IMG/VR virus record: IMGVR_UViG_3300045538_000426
Location: 32,001-96,000 of that record
DNA length: 64,000 nucleotides
From: a virus
Strand: one strand, 5' to 3'
This document shows positions 47,413-56,349 of the stretch, piece after piece. The notes under the pieces were generated by a model. The model did not search any database. It was not told the origin of the DNA and worked only from the letters and a program-made list of their open reading frames with translations. Position numbers and translations under genes: made by a program. Numbering within the stretch: the stretch's first letter is position 1; each line of letters starts with the position of its first letter.

Positions 47413-48060
47413 CTAGATTATTTCATCTATTAGTCCGTATTTCAAACATTCTTCTGGAGACAGACAGAGGTCGTGTTTCAACATTTCATTCAATTCTTTT
47501 TCCTTAAATTTGGTGTGTTTTAGATAGACTTTTTTTATCATTGACATGACCAAATCTAGGTTTTTTATCTCGTCTTGGAATTGTGCGTAATTTCCCCACA
47601 TTGCTGAACTTACCTGATGAATCAACATATTAGCATTCTTCCTCATGTAACGTCGGCGACCCACTACACTTATCAAGGTCGCTGCGGATGCGGCTATTCC
47701 CTCAACATACGTGTCAACCGGAACCTTGCTTGCAATAATTCTATCAACGGTTGTGAAGCTACTATAAACTTCTCCGCCTTCACTTGAGATGAACAACTCG
47801 ATTGGAGGAATCGATGTGAGGTTATATTGAAGTTGAATTAATCGGATTTGTCTCTCCGTCTCGGATAATTGTCGGTTAAGCATATAGATGCTGTCCCGTG
47901 TGACGTCACTGTAAAAATAGAGTTGATTTGTCTGACTGGATAAGGAAATGCTTTCCCGTTGAGGTTTTACATCGTCACATTCATCGGCGGTGACGGAGAG
48001 GGAATATTTTCGGTTATCACGTAGGGGGGATTTCATAATGATAGGAGAACGACCATTCAT
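47413..48060 (-). CDS. clpP: ClpP-like serine protease (S14)
   Basis: LFISSEGG, GIAASAAT (Ser), MLIHQ (His), HD (Asp) and YGLIDEII; ATG at 48060 is the likely start. Confidence 0.85.
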   Translation of the reverse strand: MNGRSPIIMKSPLRDNRKYSLSVTADECDDVKPQRESISLSSQTNQLYFYSDVTRDSIYMLNRQLSETERQIRLIQLQYNLTSIPPIELFISSEGGEVYSSFTTVDRIIASKVPVDTYVEGIAASAATLISVVGRRRYMRKNANMLIHQVSSAMWGNYAQFQDEIKNLDLVMSMIKKVYLKHTKFKEKELNEMLKHDLCLSPEECLKYGLIDEII

Positions 48061-48066
48061 GCTACG

Positions 48067-48074
48067 TATAAATA
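48067..48074 (-). promoter_or_regulatory. TATTTATA late-promoter-like motif
   Basis: On the - strand it ends 6 nt before the ClpP ATG at 48060. Confidence 0.55.
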
Positions 48075-48104
48075 TGAGACGACCGACCAATTCACTTTTA
48101 TTAG

Positions 48105-48569
48105 TTAGACTAAAATGACATCGTCGAATCCCTCCGCTGTGGTTGGTCGAACATATTTTGCTAACATCTTATCAATAACGAATTCCGGAACCTCTCGTCC
48201 TCCGCTGGATTTCCTTTTAGCTTGATTTCTCATCAATGTAGCCTTATTTCTTTCGAGGACATATGCAATTATCTCCACGCCGTGTTTTCTCCCCGATAAA
48301 ATGTAATCTTTACGTTCCTTCGGATTCAGACTCGTAGCGTCGATCATAACATCTTTCCCTGACGCCAGGTCACGGTTGAGGTTGTATTTGATTGTAGAAA
48401 AGACCTGTGCTGTAACGGATTGGTCAGATTCATCTCTACCCAATATACCCCTCAATTTGTCGCTGCTGTGGACAATTACATTCGGGTGAGATTTTAAAAA
48501 GTTTTCGATGAATGTGGATTTTCCTGATCCAGACACTCCTACCATTATGTATAATTTTTTCTTTTCCAT
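48105..48569 (-). CDS. AAA_33 P-loop kinase (polynucleotide kinase-like)
   Basis: MVGVSGSGKST, SSD.LR, IDATSL..KER and R..R...EVP.FVI.KM. Confidence 0.85.
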   Translation of the reverse strand: MEKKKLYIMVGVSGSGKSTFIENFLKSHPNVIVHSSDKLRGILGRDESDQSVTAQVFSTIKYNLNRDLASGKDVMIDATSLNPKERKDYILSGRKHGVEIIAYVLERNKATLMRNQAKRKSSGGREVPEFVIDKMLAKYVRPTTAEGFDDVILV

Positions 48570-48574
48570 ATAGA

Positions 48575-48982
48575 TTATAACAAAGACGCTGCCCGCTTGT
48601 AATTCTCAATGTAACTTTCGATATTTTCTTTGCCGATTGGATTCATCGAGTGGACGGCATACTCCGGAAACTTTAACCTGTTATCCATACAGTATTCTAC
48701 TGCCCACTTGGCGCAATCGTATCCGGTCTTATCTTTGAAGGTATCATAGAGTCGGTTATAATCCTCCTTATTATTTCTATACATAGCGGGGTTATAATGT
48801 TCAGCTCCCAGGTCATGGTCAAACGAAATGAACAACGGCATGCCGAGGCTGTCTATGGTACTAACGAAATCTTTGTAATTTCGGACAACAGTCCATGGAA
48901 ACGGTGGAAGATTTACCCAAGTTACATTCTTCGGCCACCTCTCATCGTCGAGGAAAATATAATAAACAGACGTATTCATCAC
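48575..48982 (-). CDS. Cyclic-phosphate-processing receiver domain protein
   Basis: IFLDDER.P, VVRNY, ISFDHDLG, TGYDCAKW and HSMNPIG signature. Confidence 0.8.
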   Translation of the reverse strand: MMNTSVYYIFLDDERWPKNVTWVNLPPFPWTVVRNYKDFVSTIDSLGMPLFISFDHDLGAEHYNPAMYRNNKEDYNRLYDTFKDKTGYDCAKWAVEYCMDNRLKFPEYAVHSMNPIGKENIESYIENYKRAASLL

Positions 48983-48985
48983 CGA

Positions 48986-49013
48986 AGTCTATCAGGTTGT
49001 TTTGAATTGTCAA
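48986..49013 (-). promoter_or_regulatory. sigma70-like promoter
   Basis: TTGACA-N16-TAGACT on the - strand. Confidence 0.6.
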
Positions 49014-52000
49014 TTTACAAATACCATCTCATTGCTTAGTATTAATATATGAGTGTATCTTTCCCAACTATTAAGCTCTCGGTCGGATTTTTTCAATGGT
49101 CCTTTGAAATCTAATTTTGAATCCCAAGTGACCGGTGTGATTGAATTCACGTCTTTTATCTCCGATACCTTTATTACCAGTGTATAATCTTTATTAAAAT
49201 TGGTTTCATTTGCCATCACGAACTCCAATTTGTCATTCACGTTTATGGTGAGGTCGAGGTTGAACGGAACTTCAGCGGGTTTGTTCAATACAACTTGAGT
49301 TTGTATCACGCCGTTTTTATAAACAAACAACTTCGTCACGTCGCCTGGTTTACCAACAACACCCACGGAACCCGAGACTGTGAACGTTCCGCTTCTAGGT
49401 GAAATCCACTGACGGGAAGGTTTTATACTTGTATTTTTTGACAACGAACCACCGGTTCGGTTTATATTGACTCCCTTGAAAAATTCATTGGTAGAACTAT
49501 AAATGTCTCGATTAAACGATTGAAACTCGAAAAAGTTGGATGTTGATTTTGTTTTGTCATTTGTGACGCGGTATCCATACTTCCAATTATACTCCTTTTT
49601 TACATCCGACATATCTTCCTTCATCGCACCTTCGATGTAACGAATTCCGATTTTGATTTCCAAATCAGACGGTTCTCGTTGGAAGCAGATTCTATACAAT
49701 GTTCTAATTTTATCTTCCTCTGTTATTATACGGACGAATTCCGGCCTAGATACCATGTTTCTAACTTGTTCGATTACCATGGCGTTATTCATCAAGAACA
49801 ATGCTTGTTTCGGAACAGTGGTCTGGAATCTTCTTCCCGTGGTCATTTCGGGAGTAGCAAAGTCGAACGTTGTGAATACTTCCGGCAGACGACCTCTATC
49901 AACTAATCCATATACTGTTCTACGAGTAGAATACTCTCCACCAGCAGAAGCAATCAAATTGACCGACTGACCGCCCATATTCGTGTCTAATTTCCCACCC
50001 AAGAATAAAATGGTATCCCTTAACGTTTCAAATCCAATTCGGGTGGTGTTCATTTTCCAGTGAAGTCGATTATATGGGTCAATTAAAGACTTTCTGCCGT
50101 CACTATTGGATAACTGACGGTATGTTGAGGAATTCATAATAAGCCTGTGCATATCTTTCACCGACCATCCGTTTTTAATAAATGTGTAAGCCAGGTAGTT
50201 CAGTAATTCATAATGAACTGGTTTCGGTGTATTGATTCCGAAATCATCCACGGACGTTACCAATCCCTCACCAAAATGGAATTGCCAAATTCGATTGATG
50301 ATAACCCGTGACGTAAGTGGGTTGAGTGGATTTGCGATACTCTTTGCCAATTCAAGTCTTCCACTTCCATTGGTGAAAAGATTTGGATTAAGATAATCAA
50401 ACGTCGATATAAAACGCCTCGTTACTATCGGTCCACGAGTGCCGGGATCACCTTTGATTAACACGGGCGAATCGGTTGCTCTCGGTTTATCACCCAATGC
50501 CATTGCTCTAGGCGGAGTCGATGGGTGGGCGATTTCGTGAGTGATTAATTTTCCACGTTGTTGTCTGAGTTCATTGTCATACTGCATCGTTTTTTGATTA
50601 CTGGCATAGAATCTCGGAAACGAGTCACGGTCTATGTCAAGTGGACCTCCATTTTTAAAAATTGCTGAGATGAATCCTTCCAATCCAACCGTGTTAGTCG
50701 GCGTCACACTCACAGTAATGACTGCGTTGTGATATGCTGACGCCAAATCTTTCATGTTCTTTATCACGCCTATCTTTTTTATGTGGGATAGGAGATATGG
50801 GTTTACGTTAGTTCCGTTCTCTGATATAAACGTAGAGAATTCCTCTTTGAATTTGGTATCGTCTACGTTATACATCGAACCGAATGGTAAAAATACAGCT
50901 GACGTCGGAGTTACAGAAGACTTCTTCGGCACTTTTGGCGTGGATTGAACTGCTACCCCAGCATCGTTCGAAACAACTGTAACTTCCATTCCACCCCTCA
51001 TATTTGGTTGACGGACATTTATCATCGACGTCCACCTCTGAATCATTCTTATGTTCAGACCGGAGTCTCGGATGTAATCGGTTCTGTTAGATGACGCCAC
51101 TGAATTTAGAGCATATCCACCATACACATTTTTGAAAGTGTTTGTTTTAAATTCGTTTAGTGCGGCAAGGTAACGAGAGTTTATGAAACCCTCAATCTCT
51201 CCTTCTATCACAGTTCGTTTGTTTAAATAATCCTTGTAACCACTCGTCTCCACTACGGGATTTAGGAGAGGTTTTTCGGAATCATTTGGAAAATATGAAC
51301 TATTCAACACTCCATGTAGAGCATAATAATCTTTTGTGCTGATCGGGTCGAACTTGTGGTCATGGCAACGAGCACAAACAACCGTTGTGGCCATGAATCC
51401 TTTGAATATTACATCTATTTGGTCGTCAATAATGTCATTGGCGTTTCCGGAATTTTTACCAAGGGTCAGAAATCCAAGTCCCGCTAAATCTGGCCGTTTA
51501 ATATCGTCCAATTTATCTCCGGCTATCTGCTCTAATATGAATCGGTTGAATGGTTTGTTTTCGTTAAAACTTCGGATAACATAATCACGGTAGGTGTAAG
51601 AGTATGTGTAACGAGGTTCTCGATTTCCATTAACTGTTCCAGTGGTGTCGCTGTATCTGGCAGTATCCAACCAGTGCCTTCCCCACCTTTCGCCATACAT
51701 GGGATTGTCTAACAATCGGTCTATTAGTTTGGAATATGCATCTGAGGAGGAATCCGATAAAAACAATTCCACGTCTTTTTCGGAAGGCGGCAGACCTATC
51801 AAGTCAAAATACGCTCGTCGAATTAAAATCTTTTTGTCAGCTATCTGTGACGGCATCAGATTAGTTTTTGCAAGTTCTGTGAATACAAAGTTATCGATTG
51901 GGTTTGATATCCATTTACTAGATGACTTCGGTATCTCCGGCAATGTCAAAGGCTTGTAAGCCCAATGTTCTCTGGATTCTTTACCTAAGTCGACTAACTT

Positions 52001-52375
52001 TGTTTTTTCCACTCGTGGATCAGGTGCGCCATTTTTAATCCATGTCTCAAAATCTGATATTACCTGTGGAGATAATTTCCCATCGGGCGGCATTTGCAGA
52101 TCTTTATCTGAATATCGCATAGCCTTTATAATCAAACTCTGCTCTATGTCGTTTGGAACCACGGCCGGCCCGTTTTCTCCTCCCTTTAAGGATGCGTCTC
52201 TGTTATCCAATAACAGCTGGCCCTTAGCCTTCTTCCCCTCGGCGCTGTGACACTTATAACATTCCTTGATTAAAACTGGACGGATTTTCTTCTCAAAGAA
52301 GTCAGATTCATCTTTAGTGATTGCTGTGACGTTTAATGTCAGCAGATAAATGCACAATAGTATAATTTTGTTCAT
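49010..52375 (-). CDS. Planctomycete-type cytochrome c protein: PSCyt1 + DUF1549 (PSCyt2) + DUF1553 (PSD1)
   Basis: Signal peptide; FFEKKIRPVL..CYKCH..MPP; NPIDNF, LIRRAYFDLIGLPP, YGERWGRHWLD, CARCHDHKFDPI; GRLELA..NPLT.RV.INRIWQFHFGEGLV, P.QALFLMN and SNE..FV. Confidence 0.93.
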   Translation of the reverse strand: MNKIILLCIYLLTLNVTAITKDESDFFEKKIRPVLIKECYKCHSAEGKKAKGQLLLDNRDASLKGGENGPAVVPNDIEQSLIIKAMRYSDKDLQMPPDGKLSPQVISDFETWIKNGAPDPRVEKTKLVDLGKESREHWAYKPLTLPEIPKSSSKWISNPIDNFVFTELAKTNLMPSQIADKKILIRRAYFDLIGLPPSEKDVELFLSDSSSDAYSKLIDRLLDNPMYGERWGRHWLDTARYSDTTGTVNGNREPRYTYSYTYRDYVIRSFNENKPFNRFILEQIAGDKLDDIKRPDLAGLGFLTLGKNSGNANDIIDDQIDVIFKGFMATTVVCARCHDHKFDPISTKDYYALHGVLNSSYFPNDSEKPLLNPVVETSGYKDYLNKRTVIEGEIEGFINSRYLAALNEFKTNTFKNVYGGYALNSVASSNRTDYIRDSGLNIRMIQRWTSMINVRQPNMRGGMEVTVVSNDAGVAVQSTPKVPKKSSVTPTSAVFLPFGSMYNVDDTKFKEEFSTFISENGTNVNPYLLSHIKKIGVIKNMKDLASAYHNAVITVSVTPTNTVGLEGFISAIFKNGGPLDIDRDSFPRFYASNQKTMQYDNELRQQRGKLITHEIAHPSTPPRAMALGDKPRATDSPVLIKGDPGTRGPIVTRRFISTFDYLNPNLFTNGSGRLELAKSIANPLNPLTSRVIINRIWQFHFGEGLVTSVDDFGINTPKPVHYELLNYLAYTFIKNGWSVKDMHRLIMNSSTYRQLSNSDGRKSLIDPYNRLHWKMNTTRIGFETLRDTILFLGGKLDTNMGGQSVNLIASAGGEYSTRRTVYGLVDRGRLPEVFTTFDFATPEMTTGRRFQTTVPKQALFLMNNAMVIEQVRNMVSRPEFVRIITEEDKIRTLYRICFQREPSDLEIKIGIRYIEGAMKEDMSDVKKEYNWKYGYRVTNDKTKSTSNFFEFQSFNRDIYSSTNEFFKGVNINRTGGSLSKNTSIKPSRQWISPRSGTFTVSGSVGVVGKPGDVTKLFVYKNGVIQTQVVLNKPAEVPFNLDLTINVNDKLEFVMANETNFNKDYTLVIKVSEIKDVNSITPVTWDSKLDFKGPLKKSDRELNSWERYTHILILSNEMVFVN

Positions 52376-52407
52376 AATTTATTAACCGAACGACGTGCGT
52401 TCTTTGA

Positions 52408-53796
52408 TTAGGCGATTACCTTCGTTGCAACTTCACCGAAAACATCCGTGAGGCGGAAATCTCTTCCATTATAACGATAAGAAAGTTTCTTATGGTCGTA
52501 TCCGGTCAATCGGAGAATGGTAGCATGTAGATCGTGAACCGACATTTTATCCTCGACGACTTGTCCACCGAATTCGTCAGTTGCACCATATACTGTGCCA
52601 CCCTTGACACCACCGCCGACCAATACAGAAGACATAGCACGGTTCCAGTGACTTCTTCCGAATCCATTGGCTCCACCGACACCATCACGAGCAGGTGTTC
52701 GTCCGAACTCGCCTGTCATGACGATTAGAGTGGAATCTAATAGACCACGGGATTTCAAGTCTTGGATAAGAGCTGCAATCGGTCCGTCCACTTGGTCAGC
52801 TGCATTTTTAAGAGAACGGCTGATTCCGTCGTGGGTATCCCATCCACCAGTCCACACTTGAACGAATCGGACTCCCTTTTCAACCAATCTACGAGCAATA
52901 AGCATTTGTTTTCCTTGACTCGTGGTTCCATATGAGTCACGGACTGATTGAGACTCTTTGCTTATATCGAATACGTCAGTGGCCTCGGTCTGCATCTTGA
53001 ATGCTAGTTCGAAACTCTGAATACGTGCGTCAAATGCCTCGTCCTTTTGAAAATTCTGACGGTGGATTTCATTGAGAGATGATAATGTGTCTAATTGACT
53101 ACGTTGCTCTTTGAGAGACGCATATTGACTTTTGATGTTTTGAATCATCTTATCAACCGATCCAAGTGACGTGTCAATCGGCGTTCCCTGATACATTCCT
53201 GGGAGGAAAGAACTTCCGAAATTTTGTGTTCCACCGGTTGGCATTCCACCGGAACGGAGACTGATGAATGCTGGAAGGTTGTCGTTTCCGCTTCCCAGTC
53301 CATATACCACCCACGAACCCAAACTCGGTCGTACCAATCGAAGATTTCCGGTATTCATGAAAATCGTCGCTGTTTCGTGTGCTGGAACGTCGGTTGTCAT
53401 TCCACGGAGAACCGCTGCGTGGTCAATGTGTTGTCCAATCTTCGAGAACACTTCACTGACTTCGATTCCAGATTTTCCACACTTATTGAACTTGAATGGA
53501 GATCCACATGCAAGTCCACCCATTCCAGGAAGAGGCTGACCGTCCATTTCTACCAATTTTGGCTTCGGATCCCACGTATCAATGTGGGATTGGCCGCCGC
53601 TGAAGAAAATGTGGATGATATGTTTTGCTTTAGATGGGAAATGAGTGGCGACACCTTGTGCACCAGACAAGTCTCCCTCGAAAAGAGATGTCGCTCCCAA
53701 CATTCCCATTCCCATGCCAAATTTGGATAAGAATTGTCGCTTGGTCATGATTAAATCCAACGGGGATACGGAGTCTTGGTTACAGTATTCTTTCAT
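52408..53796 (-). CDS. DUF1501 domain protein with Tat-like N-terminus
   Basis: KRQFL signal; AKHIIHIFFSGGQSHIDTWDPKP, RPSLGSW..YGLG, ARRLVEKGVRFV, WDTH, GEFGRTP, RSHW, GGGVKGG..G.TDEFG, HDLHATIL and DFRLTDV. Confidence 0.95.
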   Translation of the reverse strand: MKEYCNQDSVSPLDLIMTKRQFLSKFGMGMGMLGATSLFEGDLSGAQGVATHFPSKAKHIIHIFFSGGQSHIDTWDPKPKLVEMDGQPLPGMGGLACGSPFKFNKCGKSGIEVSEVFSKIGQHIDHAAVLRGMTTDVPAHETATIFMNTGNLRLVRPSLGSWVVYGLGSGNDNLPAFISLRSGGMPTGGTQNFGSSFLPGMYQGTPIDTSLGSVDKMIQNIKSQYASLKEQRSQLDTLSSLNEIHRQNFQKDEAFDARIQSFELAFKMQTEATDVFDISKESQSVRDSYGTTSQGKQMLIARRLVEKGVRFVQVWTGGWDTHDGISRSLKNAADQVDGPIAALIQDLKSRGLLDSTLIVMTGEFGRTPARDGVGGANGFGRSHWNRAMSSVLVGGGVKGGTVYGATDEFGGQVVEDKMSVHDLHATILRLTGYDHKKLSYRYNGRDFRLTDVFGEVATKVIA

Positions 53797-53853
53797 AGTG
53801 ATTATGGTGTTTAGTATAACTATCAAATTGTGGAGTAAAGAAATGAATAAAAT

Positions 53854-54114
53854 TCAATAACTGGTTTGTCGTTTTAACATGAATCCAAAACCTACGATTC
53901 TAAATGAAAATACCCAAAAATACTTCTCACCGTCTTCAAATCTTGTATCGAGATATAATAGTTCAGTTGGGGCACTTACCGAAAATTGACTTCCTCTGTC
54001 ATCTTCCATTACACATTCCCTTTTTTTGGTAAAAACGAAATTCGGAAAATAGAACACGGTTAATGAAAGATAATTAAAATCCCCCCGCTTGAAAATGTAT
54101 TTAGTTACTTCCAC
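53854..54114 (-). CDS. Hypothetical protein
   Basis: 86-aa ORF in the - strand gene run; GTG start. Confidence 0.5.
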   Translation of the reverse strand: MEVTKYIFKRGDFNYLSLTVFYFPNFVFTKKRECVMEDDRGSQFSVSAPTELLYLDTRFEDGEKYFWVFSFRIVGFGFMLKRQTSY

Positions 54115-54127
54115 AAAGTTGTGCTTT

Positions 54128-54391
54128 CTATTTAAAAATTGTACACCGTAAGTTAACCGATATTAAATTACATTTCTTTATCGACAGTGAATCAAAAATC
54201 GTAATAATTTCCTCATCCTTTGCGTTTTTAATCACATCTCCGTTTATTTTAATCTGAGCCTGCCAGCGGGTTAGTTTTGATGCATAATCAGCAGCGTCCT
54301 TGCACTTAACATCGGATATGTATTCATGTATTCTATGTCTTCCATGTTCCCCGGAATAACCTTTATATGTTATATACTCCAACGGAACCAA
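54128..54391 (-). CDS. Hypothetical protein
   Basis: 87-aa ORF in the - strand gene run. Confidence 0.5.
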   Translation of the reverse strand: MVPLEYITYKGYSGEHGRHRIHEYISDVKCKDAADYASKLTRWQAQIKINGDVIKNAKDEEIITIFDSLSIKKCNLISVNLRCTIFK

Positions 54392-54421
54392 AGTCTTTTT
54401 TGTTTCGGTTAAAAAACATAA

Positions 54422-54820
54422 TTAAATTTCCCCATCGACGAGATGAAGATGACAAATTTGTTGTTTGTCTGCCCATTCCAAAATCTGCGCATAAACCTTC
54501 ATTAGATGGTCATAATCATAATCATCTTCGGAAGCAAATCGGCCGGGCAACGCCGGATCGGTCTTGTATTTGGCCATGTTAACTAAAGATTTAACGTTAC
54601 CGGTCCAATCCCAACGTGGTTCATCTGGGCCCTCGTCGTCACTGATTCCTCCGCCGGTGATAGATGCCCATGTATCGTAACAAGAACAGTGTCCGTATTT
54701 AGTTAAAGCTGCCCAGTCGTCAATTACAACTGCGACCCAACCAGACTCCTGATAGTCACAGTCGTCATCCTGTGCTATGATTGAGTTTCGAAATAACTCA
54801 CTTTGTCCTTTAGTTATCAT
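54422..54820 (-). CDS. Hypothetical acidic protein
   Basis: 132-aa ORF downstream of a sigma70-like promoter. Confidence 0.65.
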   Translation of the reverse strand: MITKGQSELFRNSIIAQDDDCDYQESGWVAVVIDDWAALTKYGHCSCYDTWASITGGGISDDEGPDEPRWDWTGNVKSLVNMAKYKTDPALPGRFASEDDYDYDHLMKVYAQILEWADKQQICHLHLVDGEI

Positions 54821-54826
54821 GATTGA

Positions 54827-54855
54827 AGATTAAACTAATTCCATCGGATTGTCAA
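54827..54855 (-). promoter_or_regulatory. sigma70-like promoter
   Basis: TTGACA-N17-TAATCT on the - strand. Confidence 0.55.
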
Positions 54856-54856
54856 C

Positions 54857-55077
54857 TTAAAAGCTGGACGGCTTCACGACTTCTCCATCTATAATGGGAA
54901 GGGGGATCGGTTCCTCGCTCCACATACAATTCCGTTCTTTCTCTACAGTGAATGAATATTCCTCGTTGCTTGCGTAGAGTTTTCCACCTGACTTTTCTAC
55001 ACATAGAATACACGGGTGTGTTCGCCGAAGTCCGTCCACCAATAATATCCCGCTTTAGTGGGAATTTTTTTTGTCAT
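54857..55077 (-). pseudogene. Small phage protein apparently broken by a 1-nt frameshift
   Basis: MTKKIPTKAGYYWWTDFGEHT (from 55077) continues as PCILCVEK...WSEEPIPLP only if one C is added to the run at 55014-55016. Confidence 0.5.
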
Positions 55078-55208
55078 TTTCATATTTTTTTGCTTTCTTA
55101 CATTTTTTACATATACCGTCAAATCTAATATAGTTCATCTTGTAGAATTTGTTTTCTGACATCGATTCTCTACATTCTCTACACGTTATTTTGACAGTCA
55201 TATAATGT

Positions 55209-55652
55209 TTAAAATGAAAAATCTGGGTTTTGATGTATATTTCCGACCACTTTTCTATAAGCTCCTAGTGGATTGCCGGAATAACGGTCCGATCCACCTG
55301 TCTCCAACATACGCCGTGTAAATCCTCGCCACCCCGATTGAATAAAACTCCATTTTACCAGATATGTTACGTTATAGAGACGGTCGTTGCTCCAATCATC
55401 GTGAACTTTGGTTTGAACTAGATCGTCCTCGTAAATTTCTCTGCCATTCGAATCATCGAATTCACAATATCGATTGAAGATATAATCAGATGTACCGGAT
55501 TCTGTATCCAAACCATCCGTTCTACTTAGAGAAATTTCATTTCCCGTGTGGTGCCATAGAAGATGGTGTCCATCTGAACTGTGATATGGAATATCCGAAA
55601 ATATTCTCAGGTTTTTACACCAAACTCGTGATTTATTCTTTAATTTTCTCAT
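55209..55652 (-). CDS. yopX: YopX family protein
   Basis: YCEFDDSNGREIYEDDLV and KVVGNIHQNPD. Confidence 0.8.
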   Translation of the reverse strand: MRKLKNKSRVWCKNLRIFSDIPYHSSDGHHLLWHHTGNEISLSRTDGLDTESGTSDYIFNRYCEFDDSNGREIYEDDLVQTKVHDDWSNDRLYNVTYLVKWSFIQSGWRGFTRRMLETGGSDRYSGNPLGAYRKVVGNIHQNPDFSF

Positions 55653-55671
55653 AAATCTTGATTATATCCCC

Positions 55672-55848
55672 TCATTCTAATCCCCAAAACTTTCTCATAT
55701 CTGGATTTGGATGATTTTTGTAAGCAGAAGCTGCACAGTCATGTAGTTCGTCTTTCATATCATCTAGTGATCTTGACCTCTCACGGAAGATTTTGTGGGC
55801 CACATCAATATCGAACCAATATTCCGTTGGATGTGTTATATTATCCAT
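55672..55848 (-). CDS. 58-aa hypothetical protein (below the ORF-track cutoff)
   Basis: Manual translation MDNITHPTEYWFDIDVAHKIFRERSRSLDDMKDELHDC...; fills the gap between two genes. Confidence 0.45.
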   Translation of the reverse strand: MDNITHPTEYWFDIDVAHKIFRERSRSLDDMKDELHDCAASAYKNHPNPDMRKFWGLE

Positions 55849-56347
55849 TTAGATGCCTTTCTAAAAATTTCCGTATCTTAGAACCTATTCTTTTGAAGAA
55901 ACCTACGTCTTCTTTCATTTCTCCGAAAAGATTGTCCAATGCCGCGTCTGATTTGGCGCGATTCTTCCCTCTAAATTCAAGAAGTTTTACATTCGACACA
56001 ACTGAATCCCGGAATTCTACTTCGTATTTTACCCAATAATCGTTTTTAAGACGAAGGTCGTCCTCATAACCAGCGCAATACAAATCATATATTTCCATGA
56101 CGAGGTTGTGTGGATTGTAACGTAACCATGTGGGATTTTTTCTCTCATATTCACCGTTCACGACTACAGCGTCAAAACTTTGAATCCACATAGTCCCATC
56201 TTCACGGATTTCGTAATTGGACATTCTTTTTCCTAGATTCTTGGTCTGAAACGTAAAAATCTTATTAAAATCAGCCTTCTCTAATTCTTGTCGGTCTTTG
56301 GGGAAAGGCAAAGGAAATTTACATTTTATTGTATCGTATAATCCCAT
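55841..56347 (-). CDS. Hypothetical phage protein
   Basis: MGLYDTIKCKFPLP..FQTKNL..YEIREDG. Confidence 0.65.
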   Translation of the reverse strand: MGLYDTIKCKFPLPFPKDRQELEKADFNKIFTFQTKNLGKRMSNYEIREDGTMWIQSFDAVVVNGEYERKNPTWLRYNPHNLVMEIYDLYCAGYEDDLRLKNDYWVKYEVEFRDSVVSNVKLLEFRGKNRAKSDAALDNLFGEMKEDVGFFKRIGSKIRKFLERHLNG

Positions 56348-56349
56348 AT

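Noticed and set aside
53224-53730. 168-aa and other + strand ORFs over DUF1501 and PSD1
   Set aside because: Antisense shadows of well-supported - strand genes.
55192-55207. TTGACA and TATAAT adjacent on the + strand
   Set aside because: The spacer is only 4 bp, so it is not a sigma70 promoter, and there is no + strand gene downstream.
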